Origin: Cytophagales bacterium
GTDB taxonomy: Bacteria; Bacteroidota; Bacteroidia; Cytophagales; Cyclobacteriaceae
Length of the DNA: 64,000 nt
Direction: 5' to 3'
NCBI GenBank assembly: GCA_025359125.1
Contig: JANYHI010000034.1
Location: forward strand, 4,063-68,062
A program made the position numbers and the translations under genes. The stretch's first letter is position 1; each line of letters starts with the position of its first letter. Below, piece after piece: positions 19,747-29,444 of the stretch. The notes under the pieces were generated by a model. The model ran no database searches and was not told the origin of the DNA. It saw nothing but the letters and a program-made list of their open reading frames with translations.

Positions 19747-21450
19747 ATGAATCTAAATACAGAAGCCGAGAAGAAGAATACCTATGATGCGATTGTAGTA
19801 GGTACGGGTATCAGCGGTGGTTTTGCTGCCAAAGAACTCTCTGAAAAAGGATTGAAAACATTGGTGCTTGAGCGCGGTCGCGATGTGAAGCATCCCGATT
19901 ATCCAACTGCCACCAAAGATCCGTGGGAATTTGAAAACGCAGATATGCCCACGCAAGAAGATTTAAAGAAGCAAAGTGTACAAAATAGAACGGGCTACAC
20001 CGTTCGTCAGTCAACAAAGCATTGGTTTGTAAATGACATAGAGCATCCTTATACAGAAGTGCAACGCTTTGATTGGATGAGAGGATATCATGTGGGCGGA
20101 AGATCTATTACATGGGGGCGCCAAAGCTACCGATGGAGCGACTTGGATTTTGAAGCAAACAGCAAAGATGGCCACGGAGTAGATTGGCCTGTTCGCTATA
20201 AAGAAATAGAGCCTTGGTATGATTATGTAGAAAAATACATTGGAGTAAGTGGACAAAGCGAAGGATACGCCCAACTTCCTGATGGACAATTTTTACCACC
20301 AATGGAATTGAATTGCACCGAACTTGAATTAAAAAAAGCAGTTCGCGAAAAATTTGGAAGGCCATTCACAATTGGTCGCACAGCACATGCTACCGCACCA
20401 CTTCCGCACACACCGTGGAGAGGGCAATGTCAGTTTAGAAATTTATGTAGCCGTGGTTGCCCATACGGAGGGTATTATAGCAGTGTTTCCTGCTCATTAC
20501 CAGCAGCCGAAAAATCGGGCAACATGACACTAAGACCAAACTCTGTTGTATATGAAATTATTTATGACGAAGCGAAAGGAAAAGCTACGGGCGTAAAAGT
20601 AATTGACGGAGTTACCGGAGAGCAAATGGAGTTTTATGCCAAAGTCATTTTCTTGTGCGCTTCCACTTTCGGATCAACTTTCATCATGTTGAATTCAATC
20701 TCTAACCGTTTCCAAAATGGATTTGGAAATGATAGTGGAGAATTGGGACACAATATTATGGATCACCACTTGCAAGTAGGAGCCGGAGGTAGTGTAGAAG
20801 GCTTTGAAGATCAATATTATTTTGGTAGAAGAGCCAATGGATTTTATATTCCTAGATATAGAAACTGGGGAAAAGATAAACGCGACTACGTGCGTGGCTT
20901 TGGGTACCAAGGCGGAGGCAGCAGACAAGGTTGGAATAATTTGGTGGCGGAAGCTACCATTGGTGAAGACTTAAAAAAATTAGCGGCTGCACCAGGCAAA
21001 TGGACCATTGGAATGATGGGCTTTGGAGAAATTCTTCCGTACCACGAAAATTTTGTAGTGATCAATAAGGATAAGAAGGATATCAACGGATTGCCTACGC
21101 TAACATTCGATGCCGGCTTTAAAGACAACGAAAAGAAAATGCGTGTAGATATGAAAAACGATGCAGCAGAAATGTTGGAAGCGGCAGGTGTAAAAAACAT
21201 TTACTCTTATGATAATGAAACAGGTGTTGGATTAGGTATTCATGAAATGGGGACTGCGCGTATGGGTAAAGATCCTAAAACATCTGTATTAAATAAATAC
21301 AACCAAGTGCATGCTTGTAAAAATGTGTTTGTTACAGATGGATCTTTCATGACTTCTGCGGCATGTGTTAACCCATCTCTTACTTATTTGGCATTTACTG
21401 CACGGGCAGCCGACTTTGCGGTGAGTGAATTGAAAAAAGGAAATTTATAA
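19747..21450 (+). CDS. GMC-family FAD oxidoreductase (gluconate 2-dehydrogenase flavoprotein-like)
   Basis: N-terminal FAD fold YDAIVVGTGISGGFAAKEL..LVLERG. C-terminal GMC region (HEMGTARMG). Confidence 0.85.
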   Translation: MNLNTEAEKKNTYDAIVVGTGISGGFAAKELSEKGLKTLVLERGRDVKHPDYPTATKDPWEFENADMPTQEDLKKQSVQNRTGYTVRQSTKHWFVNDIEHPYTEVQRFDWMRGYHVGGRSITWGRQSYRWSDLDFEANSKDGHGVDWPVRYKEIEPWYDYVEKYIGVSGQSEGYAQLPDGQFLPPMELNCTELELKKAVREKFGRPFTIGRTAHATAPLPHTPWRGQCQFRNLCSRGCPYGGYYSSVSCSLPAAEKSGNMTLRPNSVVYEIIYDEAKGKATGVKVIDGVTGEQMEFYAKVIFLCASTFGSTFIMLNSISNRFQNGFGNDSGELGHNIMDHHLQVGAGGSVEGFEDQYYFGRRANGFYIPRYRNWGKDKRDYVRGFGYQGGGSRQGWNNLVAEATIGEDLKKLAAAPGKWTIGMMGFGEILPYHENFVVINKDKKDINGLPTLTFDAGFKDNEKKMRVDMKNDAAEMLEAAGVKNIYSYDNETGVGLGIHEMGTARMGKDPKTSVLNKYNQVHACKNVFVTDGSFMTSAACVNPSLTYLAFTARAADFAVSELKKGNL

Positions 21451-21469
21451 ACGATTAAAAAAGAAAGCT

Positions 21470-22066
21470 ATGAATCAATTAATCGATAGAAGAGAAGCAT
21501 TAAAGAAGACAGCTTTGTTTATGGGGGCGGCATTGTCTGCAGGCGCCATAGCTGGTATCATGAATGGATGCAAAGCAACACCCGACCTTACGTACAAGCC
21601 TGTTTTCTTATCTGAAGATCAGGCACGATTGGTGAGTGAATTAGCGCAAACTATTTTACCAAAGACAGATACGCCCGGAGCAAAAGAAGTGGGTGTACCT
21701 AACTTCATTGATAAAGTATTGAATCAGTGTTATAAGAAAGAAGATCAAGAGCGCTTCCTCGCTGGTCTTACAGCATTTGAGGAAGACGCAAAAAAATCTT
21801 ACGGAGATAGTTTTATCTATTGTAAACCAGAAGATCAAGTTGCGTTAACAAAGAAAACCCTGCAGGCAGCTGTTGAAGAGAAGAAGGCAGATCCGAAGGC
21901 TAAGCGCCCGTTTATTTTAACAACTAAAGAGTTAACGATGTTGGGCTATTTTACCTCAGAGCCTGGCGCTACAAAAGTGTTGCAATACGAAGCGGTACCG
22001 GGTGCATACAAGGGATGTATTCCTTTAAAGGAAGCAGGTAACGGAAAAACCTGGGCAACTCGTTAA
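21470..22066 (+). CDS. Gluconate 2-dehydrogenase subunit-3-like small subunit with Tat signal
   Basis: Twin-arginine leader DRREALKKTALFMGAAL. Lies immediately downstream of the GMC oxidoreductase. Confidence 0.75.
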   Translation: MNQLIDRREALKKTALFMGAALSAGAIAGIMNGCKATPDLTYKPVFLSEDQARLVSELAQTILPKTDTPGAKEVGVPNFIDKVLNQCYKKEDQERFLAGLTAFEEDAKKSYGDSFIYCKPEDQVALTKKTLQAAVEEKKADPKAKRPFILTTKELTMLGYFTSEPGATKVLQYEAVPGAYKGCIPLKEAGNGKTWATR

Positions 22067-22272
22067 CATATGCTCAAAGCAACTTTCAGTTAGATGCAAA
22101 TGTAATTAATCTAAAAGTTGGTTAATGCTGGGGTTGAATCAGTGATGACGTATAAAAGTTATTTTCAGGATATCGCCTTTGGTAAGGTGAATTGAAGTTT
22201 AATTACCGTTCTATCTAACTACTCACTATCTGTGTGAAAATCAACCCGTCAATCTTTGACTAGTGAATTTAA

Positions 22273-22774
22273 TTGATTGGTATGATCGACTTAATAGTTT
22301 ACGATAACATTGAAAAGAAAAGCATAGTTGAACGAGCAGGTTCAAAGAAACTCAATCCTCACGAGAGCCTTGTTTATTCTTTAAATGTTATGGACTTTAT
22401 GGCGTCTTTTAATAAAGATGTAAATAAAAACGATGATGGAGTAGAGTGGAGAATTCTTGAATTGAAATGGCATGGCCGAAAATGAATTAAGAGAGACAAG
22501 TATCGATAAGGATAAACTTAATTTTATTGTTTTCGAAGAAGACATTCCTGAAAATACCTCACACGAATTTCCAAACCGATTTTTTGCCTGTAATGGATGG
22601 CTTAGAAAGTTATCAGCAGTGCAAAGCCAATGCTACGAAAGTAAATTTTGATGGAAACGAGTTCTTTATAATTTCTTACAATGACTTATTAAAAAATAAA
22701 GTGCTATAAATCGAGAGATAGATAAAAGGGATATTTCTGAACTTGAGAAGAAAATGACTAAACCTTTTAATTAA
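22273..22774 (+). pseudogene. Probable decayed gene remnant (C-terminal part resembles a small nucleotidyltransferase-fold family), split over three frames
   Basis: Frame b reads ...KVNFDGNEFFIISYNDLLKNKVL* (ends 22709). It continues in another frame as SAINREIDKRDISELEKKMTKPFN* (ends 22774). An overlapping 59-aa ORF runs from 22470. Confidence 0.3.
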
Positions 22775-22901
22775 AGCAGTCAACTAAAAAACGTAGCCTT
22801 CAAAGAAAAAAAGATTCACCATTCTTTTTGTAAACAGATCAAGTTCAACCTGCAATTCTTATTTTTGCGCCTCACTTTTTCATCTCGTCATTTATTAAAT
22901 C

Positions 22902-25199
22902 ATGGATAAAAATATTCATCTAATTGCTTCTGAGTTAAGTTTAACGCTTTCACAAATTGAAGTGGTGATCAATCTTTTAGCCGAAGGTGCCACCATTCCT
23001 TTCATGGCTCGTTATAGAAAAGAAGCTACAGGCAGCTTAGATGAAGTTCAGTTGGCGAAGATTCGCGATAGGCACGAGCAATTAGCAGAGTTAGATAAAA
23101 GAAAAGAAGCCATACTCAAATCAATTGAGAAACAAGAGAAGCTAACACCCGCTTTGGCCAAAGCAATTGAAGAGGCAATCACTTTAACTGAGCTTGAGGA
23201 TATTTATCTTCCTTATAAACCTAAGCGCAAGACACGCGCTAGCATTGCCAAAGAGAAGGGTTTAGAGCCTTTGGCATTAACTATTTTTGAGCAACATAAA
23301 ATTGATGTAGAAGCTATCGCTACTACTTTTATAAACAATGAACTAGGAGTTACTCACAGTCAGGAAGCATTGGAAGGAGCTCGCGATATTATTGCCGAGT
23401 GGATAAGCGAAAATCAGGAAGCCAGAAAAAATGTGCGCGAGTTATTTTGGCAAGACGGACAAATTCATTCTACTGTTCTCAAATCAAAAGTAGAGAACGA
23501 AGACGCTCAAAAGTTTAAAGACTATTTTGACTGGAAAGAACCTATCAAAAAAACTCCTTCGCATCGATTGCTTGCCATGCGTAGGGCCGAGAAAGAGGGC
23601 TTTATCATGTTGGATATTTCGCCCACTGAAGAGTTAGCTATCCAAACATTAGAAAAACAATTTATAAAATCTTCCAATGCATCGTCAGGGCAAGTAGCAT
23701 TAGCCATTAAAGATTGCTACAAGCGATTATTAAAACCAACCTTGGAAAGCGAAGTAAGGTTAGAAACAAAATTGCAGGCGGATGCCGAAGCGATAAAAGT
23801 ATTTGCCTCTAATCTTAAAAAATTGTTGTTGGCTTCACCACTCGGGCAAAAAAGAGTGTTGGCATTAGATCCTGGTTTTCGTAGCGGCATAAAAACGGTT
23901 TGTCTGGGTGCGCAGGGCGAATTACTTTTTGATACTGTAATTTATCCGCTTGAGCCCCAACGCGAAACAACTAAGTCAGCAACAATTGTATTGGGCTTAT
24001 GCGATCGTTTTAAAATTGAAGCTATAGCCATTGGAAATGGAACCGCCAGTCGCGAGACGGAAGCTTTTGTAAAGAACGTTGGCTTGCCTAAAGAAATTAT
24101 CATTGTAATGGTAAATGAAAGTGGGGCTTCGGTTTATTCTGCATCGGATGTAGCGCGCGAAGAATTTCCGAATCATGATGTAACAGTACGCGGTGCTGTT
24201 TCTATCGGAAGAAGGTTGACAGATCCGCTCGCAGAGTTGGTAAAGATCGATCCAAAGTCTATAGGTGTTGGGCAATATCAACACGATGTAGACCAAACAA
24301 AACTAAAAGACGGACTAGATGATGTGGTTATGAGTTGTGTAAACTCTGTGGGGGTAGAAGTAAATACCGCCAGTAAAGAATTGCTCTCGTATGTTTCTGG
24401 TCTCGGCCCTCAATTAGCAAGGGGAATTGTAGAATATAGAAATCAACATGGACCTTTTAAGAAAAGAGAAGAGCTTCAAAAAGTGCCACGTCTTGGCGAA
24501 AAGGCGTTTGAACAATGCGCAGGTTTCTTACGCATTCAAGATGCGATCAATCCGTTAGATATGAGCGCAGTTCATCCTGAGCGATATGGATTAGTTGAAA
24601 AATTTGCAGAAGACTTGGGCTGTAGCGTCAAGGATTTGATGACGAGTGCAGAACTTAGAAAAAAACTGGATCTTAAAAAATACGTGAGCGAAACGGTTGG
24701 CTTGCCAACGTTGGTAGATATTCTTTCGGAATTAGAAAAACCAGGCCGCGACCCTCGAGAGAAATTCGAATTATTTAGTTTTGAAGAAGGTGTTCACGAA
24801 ATTAAAGATTTAAAAGTGGGCATGGTATTACCCGGCATCGTGACAAACGTGACCAACTTTGGCGCATTTGTAGATGTAGGTGTACATCAAGATGGACTCG
24901 TACATATTAGTCATCTTTCTGATCGATTTATAAAAGATCCGAATCAAGCGGTGGCTGTTCAGCAAAAAGTAAAAGTAACAGTAGTGGAAGTTGATATTTC
25001 GCGTAAGCGAATTGCTTTGTCGATGAAGACAGATCCGTTTGGGGCGGCTCCCACTCATTCAAATACTTCTGAAGCAGAGAAGAGGAGCAACCAAAATAAA
25101 TCGGCATCTAAGCCAATTAAAATGGAGCGGAAACCGGAAAGAGTGGAAGAATCGATGGAACAAAAAATGGCTGCCTTACTGAACAAATTTAAAAAATAG
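22902..25199 (+). CDS. tex: Tex-family RNA-binding transcription accessory protein
   Basis: N-terminal TIPFMARYRKEATG. YqgF-like and HhH regions. C-terminal S1 domain (GMVLPGIVTNVTNFGAFVDVG). Confidence 0.9.
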   Translation: MDKNIHLIASELSLTLSQIEVVINLLAEGATIPFMARYRKEATGSLDEVQLAKIRDRHEQLAELDKRKEAILKSIEKQEKLTPALAKAIEEAITLTELEDIYLPYKPKRKTRASIAKEKGLEPLALTIFEQHKIDVEAIATTFINNELGVTHSQEALEGARDIIAEWISENQEARKNVRELFWQDGQIHSTVLKSKVENEDAQKFKDYFDWKEPIKKTPSHRLLAMRRAEKEGFIMLDISPTEELAIQTLEKQFIKSSNASSGQVALAIKDCYKRLLKPTLESEVRLETKLQADAEAIKVFASNLKKLLLASPLGQKRVLALDPGFRSGIKTVCLGAQGELLFDTVIYPLEPQRETTKSATIVLGLCDRFKIEAIAIGNGTASRETEAFVKNVGLPKEIIIVMVNESGASVYSASDVAREEFPNHDVTVRGAVSIGRRLTDPLAELVKIDPKSIGVGQYQHDVDQTKLKDGLDDVVMSCVNSVGVEVNTASKELLSYVSGLGPQLARGIVEYRNQHGPFKKREELQKVPRLGEKAFEQCAGFLRIQDAINPLDMSAVHPERYGLVEKFAEDLGCSVKDLMTSAELRKKLDLKKYVSETVGLPTLVDILSELEKPGRDPREKFELFSFEEGVHEIKDLKVGMVLPGIVTNVTNFGAFVDVGVHQDGLVHISHLSDRFIKDPNQAVAVQQKVKVTVVEVDISRKRIALSMKTDPFGAAPTHSNTSEAEKRSNQNKSASKPIKMERKPERVEESMEQKMAALLNKFKK

Positions 25200-25211
25200 A
25201 TGATGTTTCTT

Positions 25212-25780
25212 TTATCTTAATTCAGCCGCTAAAACGGTGATAGCTTTTGTTTTTATTTTTTCTAAATCTATGATTGGCATGTTCGTTTTTTTTGCGAGAT
25301 CATCCCATTGACGCATTTTTTTTGCCAGCTCGAATAAAGAATCTTGTTCAAAATTTACACCTCTGATTCACTCATTTTGCCACCTTGAAATTCGAGTGTT
25401 GCTTTACTAGCAGCCGACAATTTTTTATAATAGTCTGGATTTTTACATGTTAGGTATCGTTTTGCTTGTACATGGTTTTCAACAAGCCTGGCAACCTTTT
25501 CAGGGAATCCCTTTTCGCGTAAAAAATCGGCACCAATTTTTTCGTGGCTTTTTGTACCAAAGCCGCCCATATTATTTTCTTTATTTCTACTCACACAAAT
25601 ATGTCCAATATCATGAAAAAATGCCGCTAAAATAACTTCATCATCATATCCGTTCTCTTCTGCTAGTTGTGCTGTCTGCGACATATGTTCAATCTGCGAT
25701 ACAGGCTCGCCAATGTAATCTTCGTTTCCAAATCTCTTATAGAGTTCAAATATCTCATCTACGATTATTGACGGATTCAT
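25212..25780 (-). pseudogene. PhnZ-like HD-domain protein of phosphonate clusters, interrupted by a frameshift at about 25355
   Basis: The 141-aa ORF (25355-25780) has YIGE..SQIEH, FFHDIGH and HVQAKRYL, then ends ...QGGKMSESEV*. The family C-terminus (NFEQDSLFELAKKMRQWDDLAKK...) continues in the -1 frame at 25212-25355. Confidence 0.7.
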
Positions 25781-25920
25781 TTTTGTTTTAAAATTAATGG
25801 CATGAAGGTAAATTCAAATGGTTCGCTATTAGCTACTCGCAGGTTAAGAAATGATTAATTCATTCCACTCAGTATTGAAATAGCAAATATTATAATCTAC
25901 TTGAATCAAATTGAAATGAT

Positions 25921-26604
25921 ATGATAGACTTAGTGGTTTTTGATTTGGCTGGAACAACTGTAAAAGAAAATTTTGATGTGCAGCGCACACTACAAAGTTC
26001 ATTTTTGAAAGTAGGATTAGAAATTACCATTGAACAGGCTAATAAAGTAATGGGTATTCCTAAGCCAATTGCCATTCGCCAGTTGCTGAATTTGGTAAAG
26101 TATGATTCTATTACCGATGATTTTATTCACTCTATTCATGTTGATTTTGTAAAAGACATGATCGTGTTCTACCAGCACGATAAAACTGTTGAAGAAAATG
26201 AAGGAGTGACCGAGACATTTAAAAAGCTAAAAGAGAAGGGGGTAAAGATTGTGGTTGATACCGGCTTTGATCGACCTATTGTAAATGCATTGCTAGCGCG
26301 ATTGAACTGGCTGGAAAATAAGTTAATTGATGCGAGCGTTACGAGCGATGAAGTTGCTCATGGACGGCCTTACCCCGATTTAATTTTTAAGGCAATGGAG
26401 TTGGTGGGCGTAGCCGATGTAAAAAGAGTGGCAAAAGTAGGCGATACCATTTCTGATCTTCGCGAGGGGACAGCAGCAGGATGTGGTTTGGTTGTTGGGA
26501 TTACTTCCGGAGCTTTTACAAAAGAGCAATTGGCAAAAGAATTACCAACTCATTTGATTGCCAACATCCCTGAAATCATCCCGATTTTGGGTTTGGACGA
26601 ATAA
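25921..26604 (+). CDS. Phosphonatase-like (PhnX-like) HAD hydrolase
   Basis: HAD motif I in the phosphonatase-specific DxAGT form (VVFDLAGTTV). Motif IV is KVGDTISDL. Divergent from the PhnZ-like gene. Confidence 0.8.
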   Translation: MIDLVVFDLAGTTVKENFDVQRTLQSSFLKVGLEITIEQANKVMGIPKPIAIRQLLNLVKYDSITDDFIHSIHVDFVKDMIVFYQHDKTVEENEGVTETFKKLKEKGVKIVVDTGFDRPIVNALLARLNWLENKLIDASVTSDEVAHGRPYPDLIFKAMELVGVADVKRVAKVGDTISDLREGTAAGCGLVVGITSGAFTKEQLAKELPTHLIANIPEIIPILGLDE

Positions 26605-26671
26605 AAGTCTTTTAGAGGTTTTTTTAATTTTACTAAATTATTAACTTCATGTTAAATATGCTTAACATGAG

Positions 26672-27262
26672 ATGAGGCAGATATTTTTTATCGTTGTGTT
26701 GGTACAAAGCTTAGGAGGATTTTGCCAAGAGTTAATTTGGGAATCGGGTGTGCTGATTACCAAAAACAATGAAGTTCTTACTGGCTCGCTCGTATACCAC
26801 GCAGCCCATGATGCCGTGCTTTTGAAGCATAACGAAAAAGTAGATTTCTATCCTGCTCACAAAATCCAGTCGTTGAGATTTTATGATTCTAAAGCAGAAA
26901 TCAATCGTCAGTTTGTATCATTTGAAAAGAATGAATTTTTTTCGGCCAATGCGTTAGTAGAAATTGTTATTAACGGTTCGGTTAAAATCATCAGGCGCCT
27001 CAAGAGCAGAATAGATGAGTTAGGCCGCGCAAATGATGCCAACGATTTTGAGTATTACATTCTCGCGAACGCAAAGATTGTTCGTCTTGAAAAATTCAAA
27101 GCAAAGATTTTACCGATATTATTAGAAGCACATTCTTTCGAAATGAAGAATTTTATAGAGCAGGAAAGCATTGATCTCAACACGAAAGTTGCTGCATTTT
27201 CTCTTATTAAAGAACATAATAGATTAAATACTAAGCCGACAGCAATAGCGGCAATCCGCTAG
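26672..27262 (+). CDS. Hypothetical secreted protein
   Basis: 196 aa with a signal peptide (FFIVVLVQSLGGFCQ). No recognisable motif. Confidence 0.45.
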   Translation: MRQIFFIVVLVQSLGGFCQELIWESGVLITKNNEVLTGSLVYHAAHDAVLLKHNEKVDFYPAHKIQSLRFYDSKAEINRQFVSFEKNEFFSANALVEIVINGSVKIIRRLKSRIDELGRANDANDFEYYILANAKIVRLEKFKAKILPILLEAHSFEMKNFIEQESIDLNTKVAAFSLIKEHNRLNTKPTAIAAIR

Positions 27263-28557
27263 CCTTTAATTTCTTTGCTCCAGTGTTTGTGCTTGAAATG
27301 GAAATAGATCATCGAGCCGATAATCAAAAATGTTCCTGTAAAAGACACAATGTATCCGCCTGAAAGGAAAAAGTTAAGCCAACTTAATTTAGCATATCCA
27401 AATTCTTTGAAGAATAGCACGCCAACGCTACCCAAGTATCCAAACGAATCGGCTACGTACATGATAAATCCAACAGTGCCTGCGTATTGAAATGCTGCAA
27501 TCAAACGGTCGAAGAAAATACTATTGAAGGGAATATAGCCCAAGTACAACCCGAGTCCGATTAATGTCATCCAAATCGGGGCGGCAATCAGTGCATGTTG
27601 AAATAAATAGTTGGCAACCCCAATCAAAATCATTCCGATGGCAATAATAACATGATTGACCATCAATGCTCGCTTGTTATTTTTAATCAGCATCAAGCTA
27701 CCCATTACAAAAAGTACGGCAAAGGAGACTGGCACTTCTGTTTTTGTATAAATGGAAGGATCGTTGCCCATGTTCAGCGACTTCCAAATTTCAGCAGAGA
27801 AGTTATCTCTAAAATCGCGGAATGCGGTTAGCAATACATAGGCTAAAACAAATAAAATAATTCCTGGAAGGAAGGTAGAAGTGAATTTTTTCCTCTCTTC
27901 ATTATTCATGGGCAGCCGCTTGGTGCGCAGCTGCTCATCAAGTGGAGAGGGTGGGGGAAGTTGATTAAGTAGGTATAAAAAAATTAGCAAGGGAAGAAAG
28001 AATATGCAGGAGGCAGCAAACGGCATCCAATATTCCGACACGCCCCAATCTCGAATCAGGTATCCGCCTACCGATCGGCAGAGGCCCGCAGAGAAAATGA
28101 AACTGACAGAAAGCGAGGCACCCAACACTTCGGTCATGCGCCTTCCTTCTAGGTAGCCAAATACCATACCCCACACCATGCCTAGCGGCAAGCCATTGAA
28201 AAAAAGAAAAATAATATTGTATGGCGCTGGTACTAGAGCGAATAATATCCAGGCTAATCCTGCAACAGACACCATGATTAAAATTCCGATTCCACGCGAG
28301 TGTGCTTTTAACTCAGAGATAATTTTAATGCCAATAAATTTCGATAGCGCGTACCCAATCACCTGAAATGTAACCAGCCACACTTTATAACTAATGCCGG
28401 CAAATGCCAACCCCTCAAAGGTGGCCGCTGCAAAAGTTTTGCGGAAGGCGTAAACACAAGTATAAAGGCAAAAAGCAGCTAGCGATGCGTAGAGGGTAAA
28501 CCAAACAGGATGCGTTAGCTCAAGCCAAGATGTGATTTTAGATTTCGACTTAGTCAA
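27259..28557 (-). CDS. Polytopic membrane transporter (MFS-like, DUF5690-like by recollection)
   Basis: 432 aa, hydrophobic throughout (about 12 segments by eye). TTG start overlaps the stop of the upstream PHP gene (TTGA). Confidence 0.65.
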   Translation of the reverse strand: MTKSKSKITSWLELTHPVWFTLYASLAAFCLYTCVYAFRKTFAAATFEGLAFAGISYKVWLVTFQVIGYALSKFIGIKIISELKAHSRGIGILIMVSVAGLAWILFALVPAPYNIIFLFFNGLPLGMVWGMVFGYLEGRRMTEVLGASLSVSFIFSAGLCRSVGGYLIRDWGVSEYWMPFAASCIFFLPLLIFLYLLNQLPPPSPLDEQLRTKRLPMNNEERKKFTSTFLPGIILFVLAYVLLTAFRDFRDNFSAEIWKSLNMGNDPSIYTKTEVPVSFAVLFVMGSLMLIKNNKRALMVNHVIIAIGMILIGVANYLFQHALIAAPIWMTLIGLGLYLGYIPFNSIFFDRLIAAFQYAGTVGFIMYVADSFGYLGSVGVLFFKEFGYAKLSWLNFFLSGGYIVSFTGTFLIIGSMIYFHFKHKHWSKEIKG

Positions 28558-29399
28558 AATAGTATTCCATTTTGTTTAAAGTTAAACGCTTTCCACTCAC
28601 CTTCGTGCAAAAAGTGTAATTTTTTAAAACCGATATGCAGCAATAATTTTGCTGTCTCTTCAAACTGATTGACCAAATCATCTGCGTGGTGTGCATCAGA
28701 GCTTAATGTAATGGGAATCCCTTCTTTTAAAATCAATTCTAATATCCATGGACTTGGGTAGGTGGTGGTGGTTTTCTTTTGGTAGATACCTCTTGTGTTA
28801 ACCTCTACGATGGCTCCTGATTTTTTAATTTGAGAGAGCGTTTCATTCACTTGAGTTTGATACCATGCATCCGTTTCAAGAAAGAATTTATTTTCATGAT
28901 TTTGGATTTTCATTTTATCTAAATGGCCGACAACAGAAGGACATGACTTTTCAATCATTTGTCTGGTTAACTCGAAGTAGCGAACGAAAGCAGCCTTGTA
29001 ACTATTTTTAAAAATAGTCTCTAATCCATTTAAAAAAACAGCGTGAGTTCCATCGATTTCCCATGGTTTTCCATCCGCGAAAGCGTCTATAAAATGAATG
29101 GAGCCAATTGTATAATCGAGTCGATTGTTGAATTGGTTGGGCGAAATGCTGCCAGGAACAAAATCAATTTCCAATCCAGCGTAAATTTCTATTGAGGAAC
29201 TAGCTTTTAATTCGGTAATAGTTTTTAAATAAGTATCGAGATCGACAGATTTCATACACCAGTTGCAATCAAAAGGAACAGGCGCGTGCGAAGAGAAGCC
29301 TAGAATTTTTACCTCCAACTCGGTCGCCTTATTTATGTGTTCAGTAAAAGTACTTTTACCATCACAAAAATCAGTATGCGTATGAAAGTTTGCCCACAT
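28554..29399 (-). CDS. PHP-family phosphoesterase (HisJ/histidinol-phosphatase-like)
   Basis: N-terminal metal motif WANFHTHTDFCDGKS. Later GHLD and SSDAHH motifs. 281 aa. Confidence 0.8.
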   Translation of the reverse strand: MWANFHTHTDFCDGKSTFTEHINKATELEVKILGFSSHAPVPFDCNWCMKSVDLDTYLKTITELKASSSIEIYAGLEIDFVPGSISPNQFNNRLDYTIGSIHFIDAFADGKPWEIDGTHAVFLNGLETIFKNSYKAAFVRYFELTRQMIEKSCPSVVGHLDKMKIQNHENKFFLETDAWYQTQVNETLSQIKKSGAIVEVNTRGIYQKKTTTTYPSPWILELILKEGIPITLSSDAHHADDLVNQFEETAKLLLHIGFKKLHFLHEGEWKAFNFKQNGILF

Positions 29400-29444
29400 T
29401 TTTTTAGATTCTAGTTCAGCATTACTTCTCTAAAAAATTTATGT

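Noticed and set aside
26648-26669. 8-bp AT-rich hairpin (catgttaa-atatgc-ttaacatg) immediately upstream of the ATG at 26672.
   Set aside because: The stem is weak and AT-only with no flanking T-run. It could affect translation initiation, but its stability is marginal and nothing else supports a role.
27941-27965. Possible third copy of the icmF in-frame element (coding strand ...cccccaccctctccacttgat, encoding PPPSPLDE) inside the transporter gene.
   Set aside because: Similarity is limited to a P-S-P-L-(D/E) stretch and a short CCCTC run. That is too weak to separate from chance.
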